From: Methanobacteriota archaeon
GTDB taxonomy: Archaea > Halobacteriota > Bog-38 > Methanoflorentales > Methanoflorentaceae
Assembly (NCBI GenBank): GCA_963719035.1
Contig: CAVRAO010000002.1
Coordinates: forward strand, 480,001 to 544,000
DNA: 64,000 nucleotides
Direction of reading: 5' to 3'
The notes below the pieces were generated by a model. The model did not search any database and was not told the DNA's origin. It worked only from the letters and a program-made list of their open reading frames with translations. Positions 21,471 to 31,549 of the stretch are shown one piece after another. How positions within the stretch are numbered: the first letter of the stretch is position 1; each line of letters starts with the position of its first letter. A program made the translations under genes and the position numbers.

Positions 21471-21950
21471 ATGCTGCGAAGGTTTGAAGCTGTACGAACC
21501 AATACCTCACTCCAAAACCTTTGGACGCGAAGGGCAATCGCATTCATCATCGATTCGCTGATTCTCCTGGTCGTGTTAGCCGTGTTAAGCGTAGTGCTGG
21601 CAATTATTTTGGCGCCTGTGTTAGTCTTCAGCTGGGACGCTTATAGCGGGTTCTTCTCAGGATTTTCCGCCATATTTGGCCTAATTATCGTCTGGGGGTA
21701 CTATGTCGCGCTGGAAGGGTCTGCAGGGGCGACGATCGGCAAGCGATTTATGGAGTTAAAAGTAAGGTCGCTCACAGGCAACATGAACTATACTAAGGCC
21801 TTCGTGAGGAGCTTCACTAAAGCGTGGCTGCCATTGTTCACGGCTCTTTTCGCGCTGGATCTCATCATCGGATTCCTTACTGAAGGAGACCCAAAACAGC
21901 GGTTCTCAGACGTATTCGCTGACACTGCTGTCGTTCACACGCGCGCTTAA
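21471..21950 (+). CDS. RDD family membrane protein
   Basis: [32 protein letters not shown]. Confidence 0.85.
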   Translation: MLRRFEAVRTNTSLQNLWTRRAIAFIIDSLILLVVLAVLSVVLAIILAPVLVFSWDAYSGFFSGFSAIFGLIIVWGYYVALEGSAGATIGKRFMELKVRSLTGNMNYTKAFVRSFTKAWLPLFTALFALDLIIGFLTEGDPKQRFSDVFADTAVVHTRA

Positions 21951-21999
21951 ATCAGCTCCAAAACGTGCAAATTGTGGACGCCGTAACGAGGTAATTGCC

Positions 22000-23175
22000 A
22001 TGAGTAAAGTTGTGCTTTCATTCTCTGGAGGCTTGGACACCTCAGTATGCGTTCCCCTCTTGAGAGAGCGGTATCAATATGAGACTGTCATAACCGTGAC
22101 CGTTGATGTCGGTCAACCACAGAGAGACTTAAAAAAAGCAGAAAGCCGCGCCGCCACACTGAGCGACAAGCACTACACAGTCGATGCTAAAAACGAGTTC
22201 GTCGAACAGTACCTGTTTCCGTTGATTAAGGCAAACGGCAACTACGAAGGATATACGCTCGGACAAGCCATTGCACGACCGCTCATCGCAAAGAAAGTGC
22301 TTGAGCTGGCAGATCGAGAGCGTGCCTCAGCTGTTGCACACGGTTGTACCGGAAAAGGGAATGACCAGCTGCGATTTGAAGCGATATTTCGCGCGTCAAA
22401 ATATAAGATTCACGCACCGATGCGAGAACTGAATCTTACACGCTCAGAGGAAATTGAATACGCGCTAGAGCACGGAATCGACGTACAGACTACTTTTGAA
22501 AAACCGTACAGCGTGGACGAAAATCTATGGTCGCGCTCCATTGAAGGAGGTCGCCTTGAGGACCCCTCCTGTGCCCCTCCGGACGATGTCTTCAAGTGGA
22601 CGACCGCTCCAACAAAAGCAAAGGCTCAGCTCCAGCTGAGCCTCGAATTCGAACAAGGTGTCCCCATATCATTAAATGGCACCAAACTAAGCGGCTTGGA
22701 GCTCATTAGAGAGCTTAACGAAGTAGCAGGTAAGCATGGAGTCGGACGGACCGACCTTATGGAAGATAGGATTTTAGGCCTAAAAGCCCGAGAGATCTAC
22801 GAACACCCTGCAGCGACGGTTATTCTGACAGCTCACAAAGACCTAGAATCGCTTGTGCTGACACGAAAAGAGCGAAGGTTCAAGGACCTCGTCGATTCAG
22901 CGTGGTCAGAGCTTGCCTACGAAGGCCTGCTTGATGAGCCGCTCTACACTGCCCTTGAAGCATTCATAGATAAGACGCAAGAGAGGGTGACAGGTTCAGT
23001 CACAATGTCGTTATACAAAGGACTGGCAAGCGTCCGCGCTCGCAGTTCGCCCAATGCGTTGTATTCCGAAAAGCTCGTCTCATTCAACGATAAGACGCTC
23101 GACCAACGCGACGCCGAAGGATTTTCCAAATATCACGGTTTTCAAAGCCGTGCATACCAGAAGTTCGTCAAATAA
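22000..23175 (+). CDS. argG: Argininosuccinate synthase
   Basis: [36 protein letters not shown]. Confidence 0.97.
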   Translation: MSKVVLSFSGGLDTSVCVPLLRERYQYETVITVTVDVGQPQRDLKKAESRAATLSDKHYTVDAKNEFVEQYLFPLIKANGNYEGYTLGQAIARPLIAKKVLELADRERASAVAHGCTGKGNDQLRFEAIFRASKYKIHAPMRELNLTRSEEIEYALEHGIDVQTTFEKPYSVDENLWSRSIEGGRLEDPSCAPPDDVFKWTTAPTKAKAQLQLSLEFEQGVPISLNGTKLSGLELIRELNEVAGKHGVGRTDLMEDRILGLKAREIYEHPAATVILTAHKDLESLVLTRKERRFKDLVDSAWSELAYEGLLDEPLYTALEAFIDKTQERVTGSVTMSLYKGLASVRARSSPNALYSEKLVSFNDKTLDQRDAEGFSKYHGFQSRAYQKFVK

Positions 23176-23281
23176 TGACATAAAAAAAACCAATGAGAAT
23201 GAAACTCGAAGACGAACACGCTTAGCGATAAGATCTAAACTCTAACAAAACGCGCTGAGCCCATCTTAAGTTTATTAGCTT

Positions 23282-23857
23282 CTATTGAATCCGCCTAGTC
23301 GACGGCCTTGGTGTCGTGCTAGGCGTTGGAGTGGGCGTTGGGCTCGGGCTCACCGTTGGGCTCGGTGAAGGGCTTGGCGAAGGGCTTGGCGAAGGGCTTG
23401 GAGATGGGCTAGGTGATGGTGACGGCTTTGGGGTTGGTGTTGGTGTTGGTTTTGGAACGATTAGCAGGACACCTGCGCCTCTTGACCCAGCATAATCAGC
23501 GTTGCCCTTATACTCTACAACAATGCGATGCTCCCCTATGGACAACGCTGAAACGTCGCTGACCGAAAGGTTGTGCATAGTAAAACCGAAGTATGTGGAG
23601 CTTTGCCCAAGAGGCTTACCGTCAAGGTACCAATAAACTACTTGATCGTTTAGACCCAGTCCGTTTGCCGTGTTCAAAACGCAGGAAAGAGACGTGTTGT
23701 AACCGATCATCACTCCAACCGAGTTTACCACGAGCAAGGAGCGAGCGAGAGGCGACGCCGCCTCATCATTGGTTTGCCCGCCGCCCAAACACCCACCACA
23801 AGATGCCAAGACAATCAACATAATTATGATTGCAACAGTAGGTGTGTTTTGTTGCAT
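23282..23857 (-). CDS. Secreted/lipoprotein with an Ig-like domain and Pro/Ser/Thr tail
   Basis: Hydrophobic N-terminus ending LASCGGC; [15 protein letters not shown]; (PS)n tail. Confidence 0.7.
   Translation of the reverse strand: MQQNTPTVAIIIMLIVLASCGGCLGGGQTNDEAASPLARSLLVVNSVGVMIGYNTSLSCVLNTANGLGLNDQVVYWYLDGKPLGQSSTYFGFTMHNLSVSDVSALSIGEHRIVVEYKGNADYAGSRGAGVLLIVPKPTPTPTPKPSPSPSPSPSPSPSPSPSPSPSPTVSPSPTPTPTPSTTPRPSTRRIQ
23320..23455. repeat. Coding low-complexity repeat (PS/PT linker)
   Basis: About three tandem GAAGGGCTTGGC copies from 23367 plus GTTGGT repeats. Confidence 0.8.
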
Positions 23858-24238
23858 GGATTGCGGCTCACCCTGTCGTGACGCCTTTTGTCTGCTGTCT
23901 GGGCGAAAAATCAATCAAAAAGCAATTCTTCACTATTTATAAATTGTGTATGCTACAGTCGCATTTCGCGCTTTTCGCAACTAGATGCACATAAGGCTTC
24001 AAGAGTCCGCGAGCGTATAAATGTTCTCTGCGTTTTGATTAAGGCGCCCACCACAAATCGAAAGCAATGCATGCTAGCCACATACAAAGGATCTTCATGC
24101 TGCCGAGCGAACCTAGTCTGTCGCAATCACTGAATCAAGAGATACTGTTGACCCGCTATTCTGATGTTGAGGTGAAAAAAAGAAGGAAAGGAAGAGATGA
24201 CTGCAGAGCGCAGTCACCAACGGTTGATGACACACGTG

Positions 24239-25858
24239 TTAGTACATCCCCGGCCCTTCGCCTCCGAGTTCTGGCCCCTCACTGCCAGCGGCGATTATGT
24301 CGTCAATTCTCAAGATCATATTCGCAGCTTCCGTCGCAGATTCGACCGCATTTAGTTTCACCCGGAGCGGGTCAACAACGTTAAGGGCCAGCATGTCTTT
24401 AATCTCACCGTCGACTGAGATACCGGCGTTTCGGTTGCCCGATTCGTGAGCGCTGCGAAGCTCGACAAGTTTGTCGAGTGGATCTCCTCCCGCATTTTCA
24501 ATAAGCGTCTTTGGGATGATCTCCATGGCATTCGCAAAAGCGCGAACGGATAGTTGCTCACGTCCCCCAAAAGTTGTCGCGTAGTCACGAAGCGCCATTG
24601 CAAGCTCGACCTCAGGAGCGCCCCCTCCAGCCAGTACTTGGTTATTCTCAAGTGTCAGTGAGACAACTTTCAACGCGTCATTAACTGCTCTGTCCATCTC
24701 ATCGACAACGTGTTCGATGCTACCGCGGAGCAGAATGGACACGGCTTTGGGGTTTTTGCTGTTTTCAACGAAAATCATCTCGTTGTCACCGACTTTTCGC
24801 TCTTGGACCAAACCTGCATAGCCGAGTTGCGATATATCCTCCAAAGTATCGGTGATCTTACCCCCAGTCGCCTTTTCGAGACGTTTCATGTCGCTCTTTT
24901 TAATGCGTCGTCCTGCTAAGATACCCGCTTTAGCAAGAAAATGCTGGACGAGATCGTCGATCCCTTTTTGGCAAAAAACAACGTTTGCGCCGCTCGCAAT
25001 TACCTTGTCAGCAATCGCTTCCAATCTGCGCTCTTCTTCATCCCAAAATGACTGCATTTGCCCAGGGTCGTTAATCTCGATCTTCGCATCGATCTCCGTC
25101 TTTTCAATCTCCAAACCGACGTTAAGGAGTGCTATCTTGGCATTTTTCACCGTCGTTGGCATTAGCGGGTGGACTTTCTCCTTATCAATTATTAGGCCGT
25201 GGACGAGTTTTGAGTCGTCGATAGATGCTCCGTAGCGACGAACCACGCTGATATCATCCGGATCAACGGTTTTCTTTCCGTCCACGTCTTCAGCGACAAG
25301 CTGCACTGCTTCAACAACAATGTCAGCAATCTTACCGAGCATCATCTCAGCACCCTTTCCGGTGATAGCCGTCATCGCAACATGCTTCAGCGTGGTATCA
25401 TCGCCCGTAAACGCCATTTCATTAAGTAAGTCGGCAGCCTTGCGCGATGCTAAGGTGAAACCGGCAGCGATCACTGTGGGATGCACGTCTTCACTCAGAA
25501 GCTCCTGTGATTCCTTTAAAAGTTCTCCAACAAGCACCGCAGCAGTAGTCGTGCCATCGCCGACTTCATCGTCCTGCGTCTTAGCAACCTCAACCACCAT
25601 TTTTGCCGCTGGGTGGTCGATATCCATCTCTTTCAAGATGGTTGCTCCGTCGTTGGTAATGACGACGTCTCCGATGCTGTCAACGAGCATTTTGTCCATT
25701 CCTTTGGGACCAAGCGTTGTTCGTACTGCATTCGCTACCGCGCGCGCAGCTTCGATATTCGTGCTTTGGGCTTCCTCCCCGCGCGTTCGGGTGGCACCCT
25801 CCTTGAGTATCAAAATCGGCTGTCCGCCTGCATTAACTAGCTGTCCACGTCCTGCCAT
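24239..25858 (-). CDS. Thermosome (group II chaperonin) subunit
   Basis: [34 protein letters not shown]. Confidence 0.97.
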   Translation of the reverse strand: MAGRGQLVNAGGQPILILKEGATRTRGEEAQSTNIEAARAVANAVRTTLGPKGMDKMLVDSIGDVVITNDGATILKEMDIDHPAAKMVVEVAKTQDDEVGDGTTTAAVLVGELLKESQELLSEDVHPTVIAAGFTLASRKAADLLNEMAFTGDDTTLKHVAMTAITGKGAEMMLGKIADIVVEAVQLVAEDVDGKKTVDPDDISVVRRYGASIDDSKLVHGLIIDKEKVHPLMPTTVKNAKIALLNVGLEIEKTEIDAKIEINDPGQMQSFWDEEERRLEAIADKVIASGANVVFCQKGIDDLVQHFLAKAGILAGRRIKKSDMKRLEKATGGKITDTLEDISQLGYAGLVQERKVGDNEMIFVENSKNPKAVSILLRGSIEHVVDEMDRAVNDALKVVSLTLENNQVLAGGGAPEVELAMALRDYATTFGGREQLSVRAFANAMEIIPKTLIENAGGDPLDKLVELRSAHESGNRNAGISVDGEIKDMLALNVVDPLRVKLNAVESATEAANMILRIDDIIAAGSEGPELGGEGPGMY

Positions 25859-26041
25859 AATCTTCCTCCTATTAACGTAAAATGACGTGTTTACATTGCG
25901 TGCAGTTCTATATAAAATTGATGTAACCCGATAAGAATGTGCTCAAGTGCCAGCCTAACACCAGCCCTTGAAAGTATCCCTCGTTGCTTCACAAACAGGG
26001 GGAGACAAAAGGTGTATCGGTCAATAACATTCAGCGTGAGA

Positions 26042-26359
26042 TCACTCATCATCAATTCGTGTCAACTCGCTTACGGTGGCCTCGGGATGCTCATGGAGAA
26101 ACGAGGCTATCCTCTTCTTATGGATCAGTTCACAGTCAATGCATGTCCAGACAACGTCACCTCGAGAACTTACGATCCACTTTCCGAGTCGGGAGTCCTC
26201 ACATGGGTACTTCGGACAGTAACAAAAGACGCATACCTGTCCTTTGAAATGACACGGATAGTGGGGGCACTTTTCTCCTTTTGGTAACCCCTCGGGTTCG
26301 CTTAAGCGCTCGCGTCTCTTGAGCTCTTCTGGAAATTCTTCTTTTTGGTTATGTTCCAT
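26042..26359 (-). CDS. Cysteine-rich small domain protein
   Basis: CPHYPCHFKGQVCVFCYCPKYPC...WTCIDCELIH. Confidence 0.85.
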   Translation of the reverse strand: MEHNQKEEFPEELKRRERLSEPEGLPKGEKCPHYPCHFKGQVCVFCYCPKYPCEDSRLGKWIVSSRGDVVWTCIDCELIHKKRIASFLHEHPEATVSELTRIDDE

Positions 26360-26532
26360 ATTTGTTCAGCTACCGTACGCAAGGAGCAAAACGCTGGAAT
26401 CTGAGCAATTTAGGTCGGCTTGATTTAGGCACCAACTTTGTTTTCAGAGCTGTGATAACTTTAGAGTACACCGTTAGTGGTTTAAACTATTGATTTATAT
26501 TATGACATTTATCAGTGTTTAGAGGTTTAAAA

Positions 26533-26910
26533 ATGCCTATTGGAGACATAGAACTTAAAGAACTTAGAAAGGACATGGGCTTCTCGCCGGCACTTCTGAA
26601 GCTCATTTATGAGTCGCATCCGAAAATGTTTGACGTCATTTACAACATGGATAAAGCGCTATTAAGCGACGGAGCGCTTCCAGCCAAAACAAAGAGGCTA
26701 ATCGCACTCGCAGTCGTTTCTGCAATGGGTTGTGAAGCGTGCGCAACTGCGCAGATGAAAGCTGCTATGAACATGGGCGCTTCGCGCGAGGAGGTATTAG
26801 ACACGCTGGGCGTCCTTGTGGTAACGGCAGGCATGCCAGCTGTCGCGGCAGCTCGTGAAGCACTCTATAAGTGTTGCGAACTTCCGGAAGAAGATTGGGG
26901 CGGCGAGTAG
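26533..26910 (+). CDS. Carboxymuconolactone decarboxylase/AhpD-like protein
   Basis: GALPAKTKRLIALA, CxxC (CEAC), GASREE. Confidence 0.88.
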   Translation: MPIGDIELKELRKDMGFSPALLKLIYESHPKMFDVIYNMDKALLSDGALPAKTKRLIALAVVSAMGCEACATAQMKAAMNMGASREEVLDTLGVLVVTAGMPAVAAAREALYKCCELPEEDWGGE

Positions 26911-27129
26911 ACAGGCTGCGCTCGCATCTTACGCGTAAACACATGTTGCTTGATGTGCCTCTCTCCGAGCGTACATCAAGCAAATATTTAATGAGGTGCC
27001 CCTCGGGTGGGTAGTCTCTACAAACACATTTCCCCTCCTTTTTTATCCAATATGGTTGCGTGGTTTAGCGGAGCTTTTTGCTCAGATAAGTTGATCACCC
27101 CGCACATCCAATTATGAATGGTGTAGTCG

Positions 27130-27903
27130 ATGTTTGCCCAAATAGAAGTTGGTAGCCTCAGTTTAGTCTTCGTAATCATCGTTGTTGCGGTCGCTCTCTA
27201 TCTGCTCGCCGGGCTTCGTGTGATCTACCAATATGAACGAGGCGTTAAATTCACCTTCGGGTCATTTAAGAAAGTCTATCCCCCAGGATTACGATACGCA
27301 TTCCCAGCGTTTCAATCGATCAGGAAAGTAGACTTACGCGTAAACACGTTAGACATTCCACGGCAAGAGGTCATCACAAAAGACAACGTTTCGTGCAAGA
27401 TCAATGCGGTAATCTTCTATAAGGTCGTTGAGGCAGACAAAGCCGTCATCGAAATAAGCAATTATGATTATGCGATAAACCAGCTCGCTCAGTCGAGTCT
27501 ACGAGACGTCGTCGGTACCGTCGAACTCGACACGGTCCTCGCCCGACGTGATGAGCTAGGCGAGAGAATACGCAAGTTTGTTGATGAGTTCACAATGCCG
27601 TGGGGGATTCACGTCCTTTCAGTCGAACTTAAGGACGTTGAGCTTAAAGAAGAGATGAAGCGATCTATGGCCGCGCAAGCAGAAGCAGAACGAGATAGGC
27701 GCGCGCGCATCACACTTGCTGAAGGTGAAGCGATGGCAGCAGATAGGCTGCTGGAAGCGGCCAAAACCATCGAAAAGTCGCCGACGGCTTTGCAGCTTCG
27801 GCTTTATCAGGCGATGGTTAGAATCGGCGAAGAAAACAATTCAGTCATCGTACTTCCCATCCCTATAGAAATCCTCAGCGTTTTTCAGAAGCAGAAAGAG
27901 TGA
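27130..27903 (+). CDS. SPFH/band-7 stomatin-like protein
   Basis: YERGVKF, QEVITKDNV, MAAQAEAERDRRA, ALQLRLYQ. Confidence 0.93.
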   Translation: MFAQIEVGSLSLVFVIIVVAVALYLLAGLRVIYQYERGVKFTFGSFKKVYPPGLRYAFPAFQSIRKVDLRVNTLDIPRQEVITKDNVSCKINAVIFYKVVEADKAVIEISNYDYAINQLAQSSLRDVVGTVELDTVLARRDELGERIRKFVDEFTMPWGIHVLSVELKDVELKEEMKRSMAAQAEAERDRRARITLAEGEAMAADRLLEAAKTIEKSPTALQLRLYQAMVRIGEENNSVIVLPIPIEILSVFQKQKE

Positions 27904-28123
27904 TAGCCAATCAATGCGAGCGCTCTGAACAAGGGCTCGAACGAACGTCTTCTTAGTTTGAAAAAGACTGTCACGAGGCTGATTAGCGATTTTACTTATG
28001 TTTAGCTCAAAACAAGTTAAAAAAGAACTTCAGTAACACTTTTTTTTGAAAAAAACGAGCGTTAAGTTAGGCATTCAACAAATAGAAAACTATTAATTGT
28101 GCTATCGGGGTTTAATTATTTTT

Positions 28124-28687
28124 ATGAAATCGAAAGTCGCCATCCTCATTGCTTTGGCCATAATAGCGAGCGTCTTAGCCGCCGGCTGCTCGTCGAGCAC
28201 GCAGCCTTCTTCTAACCAGGGTGGGGCGGCGACGGGTCACGACAAAGTAGTTCAAGCTGTTATAGAGGACGATCAACAGGCGTACGTAAACGCAACCTGG
28301 ACTCGTTCTGTAAACAAATCGGTCCAGTGGCTAAACGATACCACAGCGATGGTGATTTTCAAAATCGGCCACTCCAACGCGACATTCCAATATACTGCTA
28401 AGTATCAAAAGTTTGCTTCTGTCTCGCAAGCGAGTGATTATATCAGCACAATCAACAAAGGGTACAACAGCACTAATGCAGTGATCTTACTGAGTAACCC
28501 AGCCCTTACTACAGCGAGCTCAATCAATACACATCAGAACTACCAGACGGTCACAAACAGTACACCTATATCAAATTCCTACATCCAACTGTTGCGCGAG
28601 CAACCGATAGAAGGGAACTATATAATACAGGTCAATGATGTCGTAATAACATTTCATGCGACGTATAGCACAGCTTCCACTCAATAG
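28124..28687 (+). CDS. Hypothetical lipoprotein
   Basis: MKSK, hydrophobic stretch, LAAGC lipobox-like motif; many N-x-S/T sequons. Confidence 0.75.
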   Translation: MKSKVAILIALAIIASVLAAGCSSSTQPSSNQGGAATGHDKVVQAVIEDDQQAYVNATWTRSVNKSVQWLNDTTAMVIFKIGHSNATFQYTAKYQKFASVSQASDYISTINKGYNSTNAVILLSNPALTTASSINTHQNYQTVTNSTPISNSYIQLLREQPIEGNYIIQVNDVVITFHATYSTASTQ

Positions 28688-28880
28688 GCCTTCTAAGGTC
28701 GTTTCACAAAAAACTGCTGATTCACCGAAGCAGAAGCAAAGCAATCGTCCTTCGAATTTCCGCTAAGTTACCGACAAACTTGACGCCACGCCCTCAAACG
28801 CCATTAAGGTTTGCCAGAAGCGCAAGCATCCTGGCTAATCTCAGCGAAAGAATCGACTTTCAGCTAAAAGGAGCGAGTAT

Positions 28881-29099
28881 ATGACTTCAGGTCGTACTAA
28901 AAGAACAGAACGCTACGTTACGGACTCTTATTCGCCTTTAAACATATTAGCGGTGAACCAAGATGATGATCGAGTTTTACTATCTGCTCAAGATTTTGAG
29001 AAGTTGCTCGCCTGCAGAGATGTCGTCTTATTTGCATTGAACAGCAAGAAGGATGTGCCGTACAGTCTTGTTGAAAAGGTGATGGCGAGCTTTCGCTAA
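28881..29099 (+). CDS. Small hypothetical protein
   Basis: 72-aa ORF with AGGAG upstream; no recognised motif. Confidence 0.45.
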   Translation: MTSGRTKRTERYVTDSYSPLNILAVNQDDDRVLLSAQDFEKLLACRDVVLFALNSKKDVPYSLVEKVMASFR

Positions 29100-29395
29100 C
29101 GCGGCCCCTAGCAACCTTGCATACAATGAGATCAACCTGCCCCGCATGGACAACTAAGCGATAATAATGGAAGTAGAAGCTGTTAGCTTACACCGCATCA
29201 GTAATGATCGGCGTTGCACGTATAGGCTGAAGAAACTCATGATGACGCGGACTGCTAAAAAAACTCCATCTAGATAGTGATCAAAGCGGGCAAAAACGAT
29301 ATATTTAAGCTATGTGTGTGATCCAGTAATCTTAGTTACCATAAAAAAGGCATTTTCGTTCTATTTCTTGGACGGTTTATTTCTAGGAGCGCGTG

Positions 29396-30196
29396 ATGAG
29401 CAACGAAAAATATTGCCAGAACTGTGGAGCGAAGAACCAACCGTACGCTGCAGTCTGTGCAGACTGCGGCAACTCGTTTATCCCCTCTTCCGAAGCACCG
29501 CCGCCGGTTACTCCGCCGCCTCCGTTAGAAGAACCTTCTGACGAAGAACCGTTGTACGACGCTCCTCTCGAGCCTTCTCCTCGTTTTAAGAGACGATATA
29601 TCATTTATGCTCTGTTAGCCGTTTTATCGCTGTTTGTTATAGTAGGTGCTATATCTGCTTCTTTTCAGACAGCAAATAGATCGATAGCGACACCTCCTAT
29701 CGAAGAATCGGCTATAGTCGCGACACCAGCTCCTATGTTGTCAACCTCTGCTACAGCAACCGTAACGGCCTCTGTCTCAGCGACCGCGACGCCGAGCGTA
29801 TCGGCTACACCGTCACCGGCGCAATCCCCGTTGCCTGATTATGCGAGCAGATTGAATACAGTCGGCCTAGGCGCAGGACTTACCACTGCTTCTCCATTTC
29901 AAAAGGTCACCTTAAACGGAAAAACGGCCTACACGGGTACGCTCGTCAAGAACGGCCAGACTTACAATACACAAGTATACCCTACGAGCTCATATTCAGA
30001 GGCACTTGCCTTAAAGGACCAGATGATAAGTTCCTACCAATCACAAGGATACGCGACCTACTACCCAGGTAACATCGGAGACACCAGCCTGAATATATGG
30101 TATGGTCTTTCAGGAAACACGCTTGTGAGCGTTACAGCGATGCCAACTTCACAAATTGATGCGCCGTTAGTCCTAGTGATGACCCCCACGATGTAG
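29396..30196 (+). CDS. Zinc-ribbon membrane protein with Pro/Ala/Thr linker and extracellular domain
   Basis: CQNCG...CADCG, one TM helix, low-complexity linker. Confidence 0.75.
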   Translation: MSNEKYCQNCGAKNQPYAAVCADCGNSFIPSSEAPPPVTPPPPLEEPSDEEPLYDAPLEPSPRFKRRYIIYALLAVLSLFVIVGAISASFQTANRSIATPPIEESAIVATPAPMLSTSATATVTASVSATATPSVSATPSPAQSPLPDYASRLNTVGLGAGLTTASPFQKVTLNGKTAYTGTLVKNGQTYNTQVYPTSSYSEALALKDQMISSYQSQGYATYYPGNIGDTSLNIWYGLSGNTLVSVTAMPTSQIDAPLVLVMTPTM

Positions 30197-30708
30197 AGTA
30201 AACGTTTGGCCTTCAATGCTAGGGCTTTTTAATAAACTGAAAGCAGTAGCTAAATGCAGCCATTTAACTTCTTAAATCGATGAAATAAACCTGCGTTCAG
30301 CATTTGAGCGTATAAAATCGGCTGGTTGCATGATATCCAAAACGCTCAGCCGTACAGCAATGAGGGAAACCGTTAAGGCATGTCGCTCTAACAAATATCC
30401 GGAGCGGTACCGGTTTATACGCAACTAGGCACTGCTCCAATTATTCTATCATTCACTAGAGCGCCTTTGTCGTCTGTGCTGATATGTGAATTTTTAGCCG
30501 GCGTAATTCATGCAACATGGTTGACGATTTGATCAATCGTAGCACAATTGCGCCTTTTGTCACGAAAAACTACTTTCTCGGTAATCCTTGTCATCATGTG
30601 CAACTCATCATTTCATGTAAAACGTACAGGATGGCCTCGATACTTAAATCCGATTATTTAACTAACGCAGCCAGCTGTGCGGCTTAAAATCGAAAACACA
30701 ATAAATTG

Positions 30709-30885
30709 AACTAAGGCCGTTCATCCGCCTCCGAGGAAGTCAAAACAATCACGAACTTACAGGCACAAGCATCGACCCTTTCGTGCAAACGAGGTAGCTA
30801 AACAGCCTTAGTACCACATTGACCGAGGCAAATTATAAAACAGCTGAATGCTATTTGAACGTTTATAACAACTTTTGTATGTTAC
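30709..30885 (+). repeat. ~175-bp repeat, inverted copy at 41241-41415
   Basis: Exact 22-mer GCTATTTGAACGTTTATAACAA (30850-30871) matches the reverse complement of 41255-41276; CAAGCATCGACC and GACCGAGGCA also shared. Confidence 0.85.
30711..30811. mobile_element. MITE-like element, copy 1 (degenerate)
   Basis: Ends CTAAGGCCGTT...AACAGCCTTAG; interior matches the reverse complement of 41314-41413. Confidence 0.55.
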
Positions 30886-30942
30886 GCTCCTGAATATACG
30901 CTTGTTTGTACTATCCGTTTTCATGAAGGGGAGGATCGATAA

Positions 30943-31431
30943 ATGACCGAAGATAATCCGGTTACTCTTACTGCGGAACCGCGAGGACGAGAAGTGGTTA
31001 TTGCTCGTGTCTTTGACGCGCCGCGAGAGCTCGTGTTCAAAACGTGCACCGATCCAAATCTGATAAAGCAATGGTGGGGTCCAAACGAATACTCAACAGC
31101 GGTGGATGAGATGGACGTCAGATTTGGAGGTGTTTGACGATATGTCCAGCGTGGGCCCGACGGAAATGAATTCGCCTTCAAAGGTGTATATCACACCGTG
31201 ATGCCACCCGAGCGTCTAGCGTATACTTTTGAATTCGAAGGTATGCCAAGCCATGTAATGTTTGAAACGGCGATGTTTGAAGAGCAAGACGGTAAGACAA
31301 CGATGACTGTCATAGACGTTTTCCAAACGGTCGAAGATCGAGACGAAGCGCTCCAATCGGGGATGAAGGATGGAGCCACCGAGTCTATGGATCGTTTTGC
31401 TTAACTTCTTCAAAAGCTCAAGGGCGACTGA
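30943..31431 (+). pseudogene. SRPBCC/AHSA1 family pseudogene (two in-frame stops)
   Basis: One frame reads ...RVFDAPRELVF...DVRFGGV*RYVQ...MDRFA*LLQKLKGD*; TGA at 31135 where Trp is expected, TAA at 31402. Confidence 0.85.
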
Positions 31432-31549
31432 AAAAGCGAATACCGCACTAAGATGTTGCAATGAAATGCTGCGGCGAGCACAATCACAACTGTAACAGAT
31501 ACGAAATATGCAATACATTAGTTACGCAAAGGTAGGATGGCGATGACCT

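Noticed and set aside
23320-23455. Tandem repeat as a contingency locus
   Set aside because: An in-frame Pro/Ser linker typical of surface proteins
28693-28711. CTAAGGTCGTTTCACAAA as a third MITE end (similarly CTAGGGCTTTTTAATAAACT near 30219)
   Set aside because: Short partial resemblance with no partner end found
31135-31137. Selenocysteine or TGA-Trp recoding in the SRPBCC gene
   Set aside because: The position corresponds to Trp, a second TAA stop is present, other genes end in TGA, and Fwd/Hdr/Mvh use Cys
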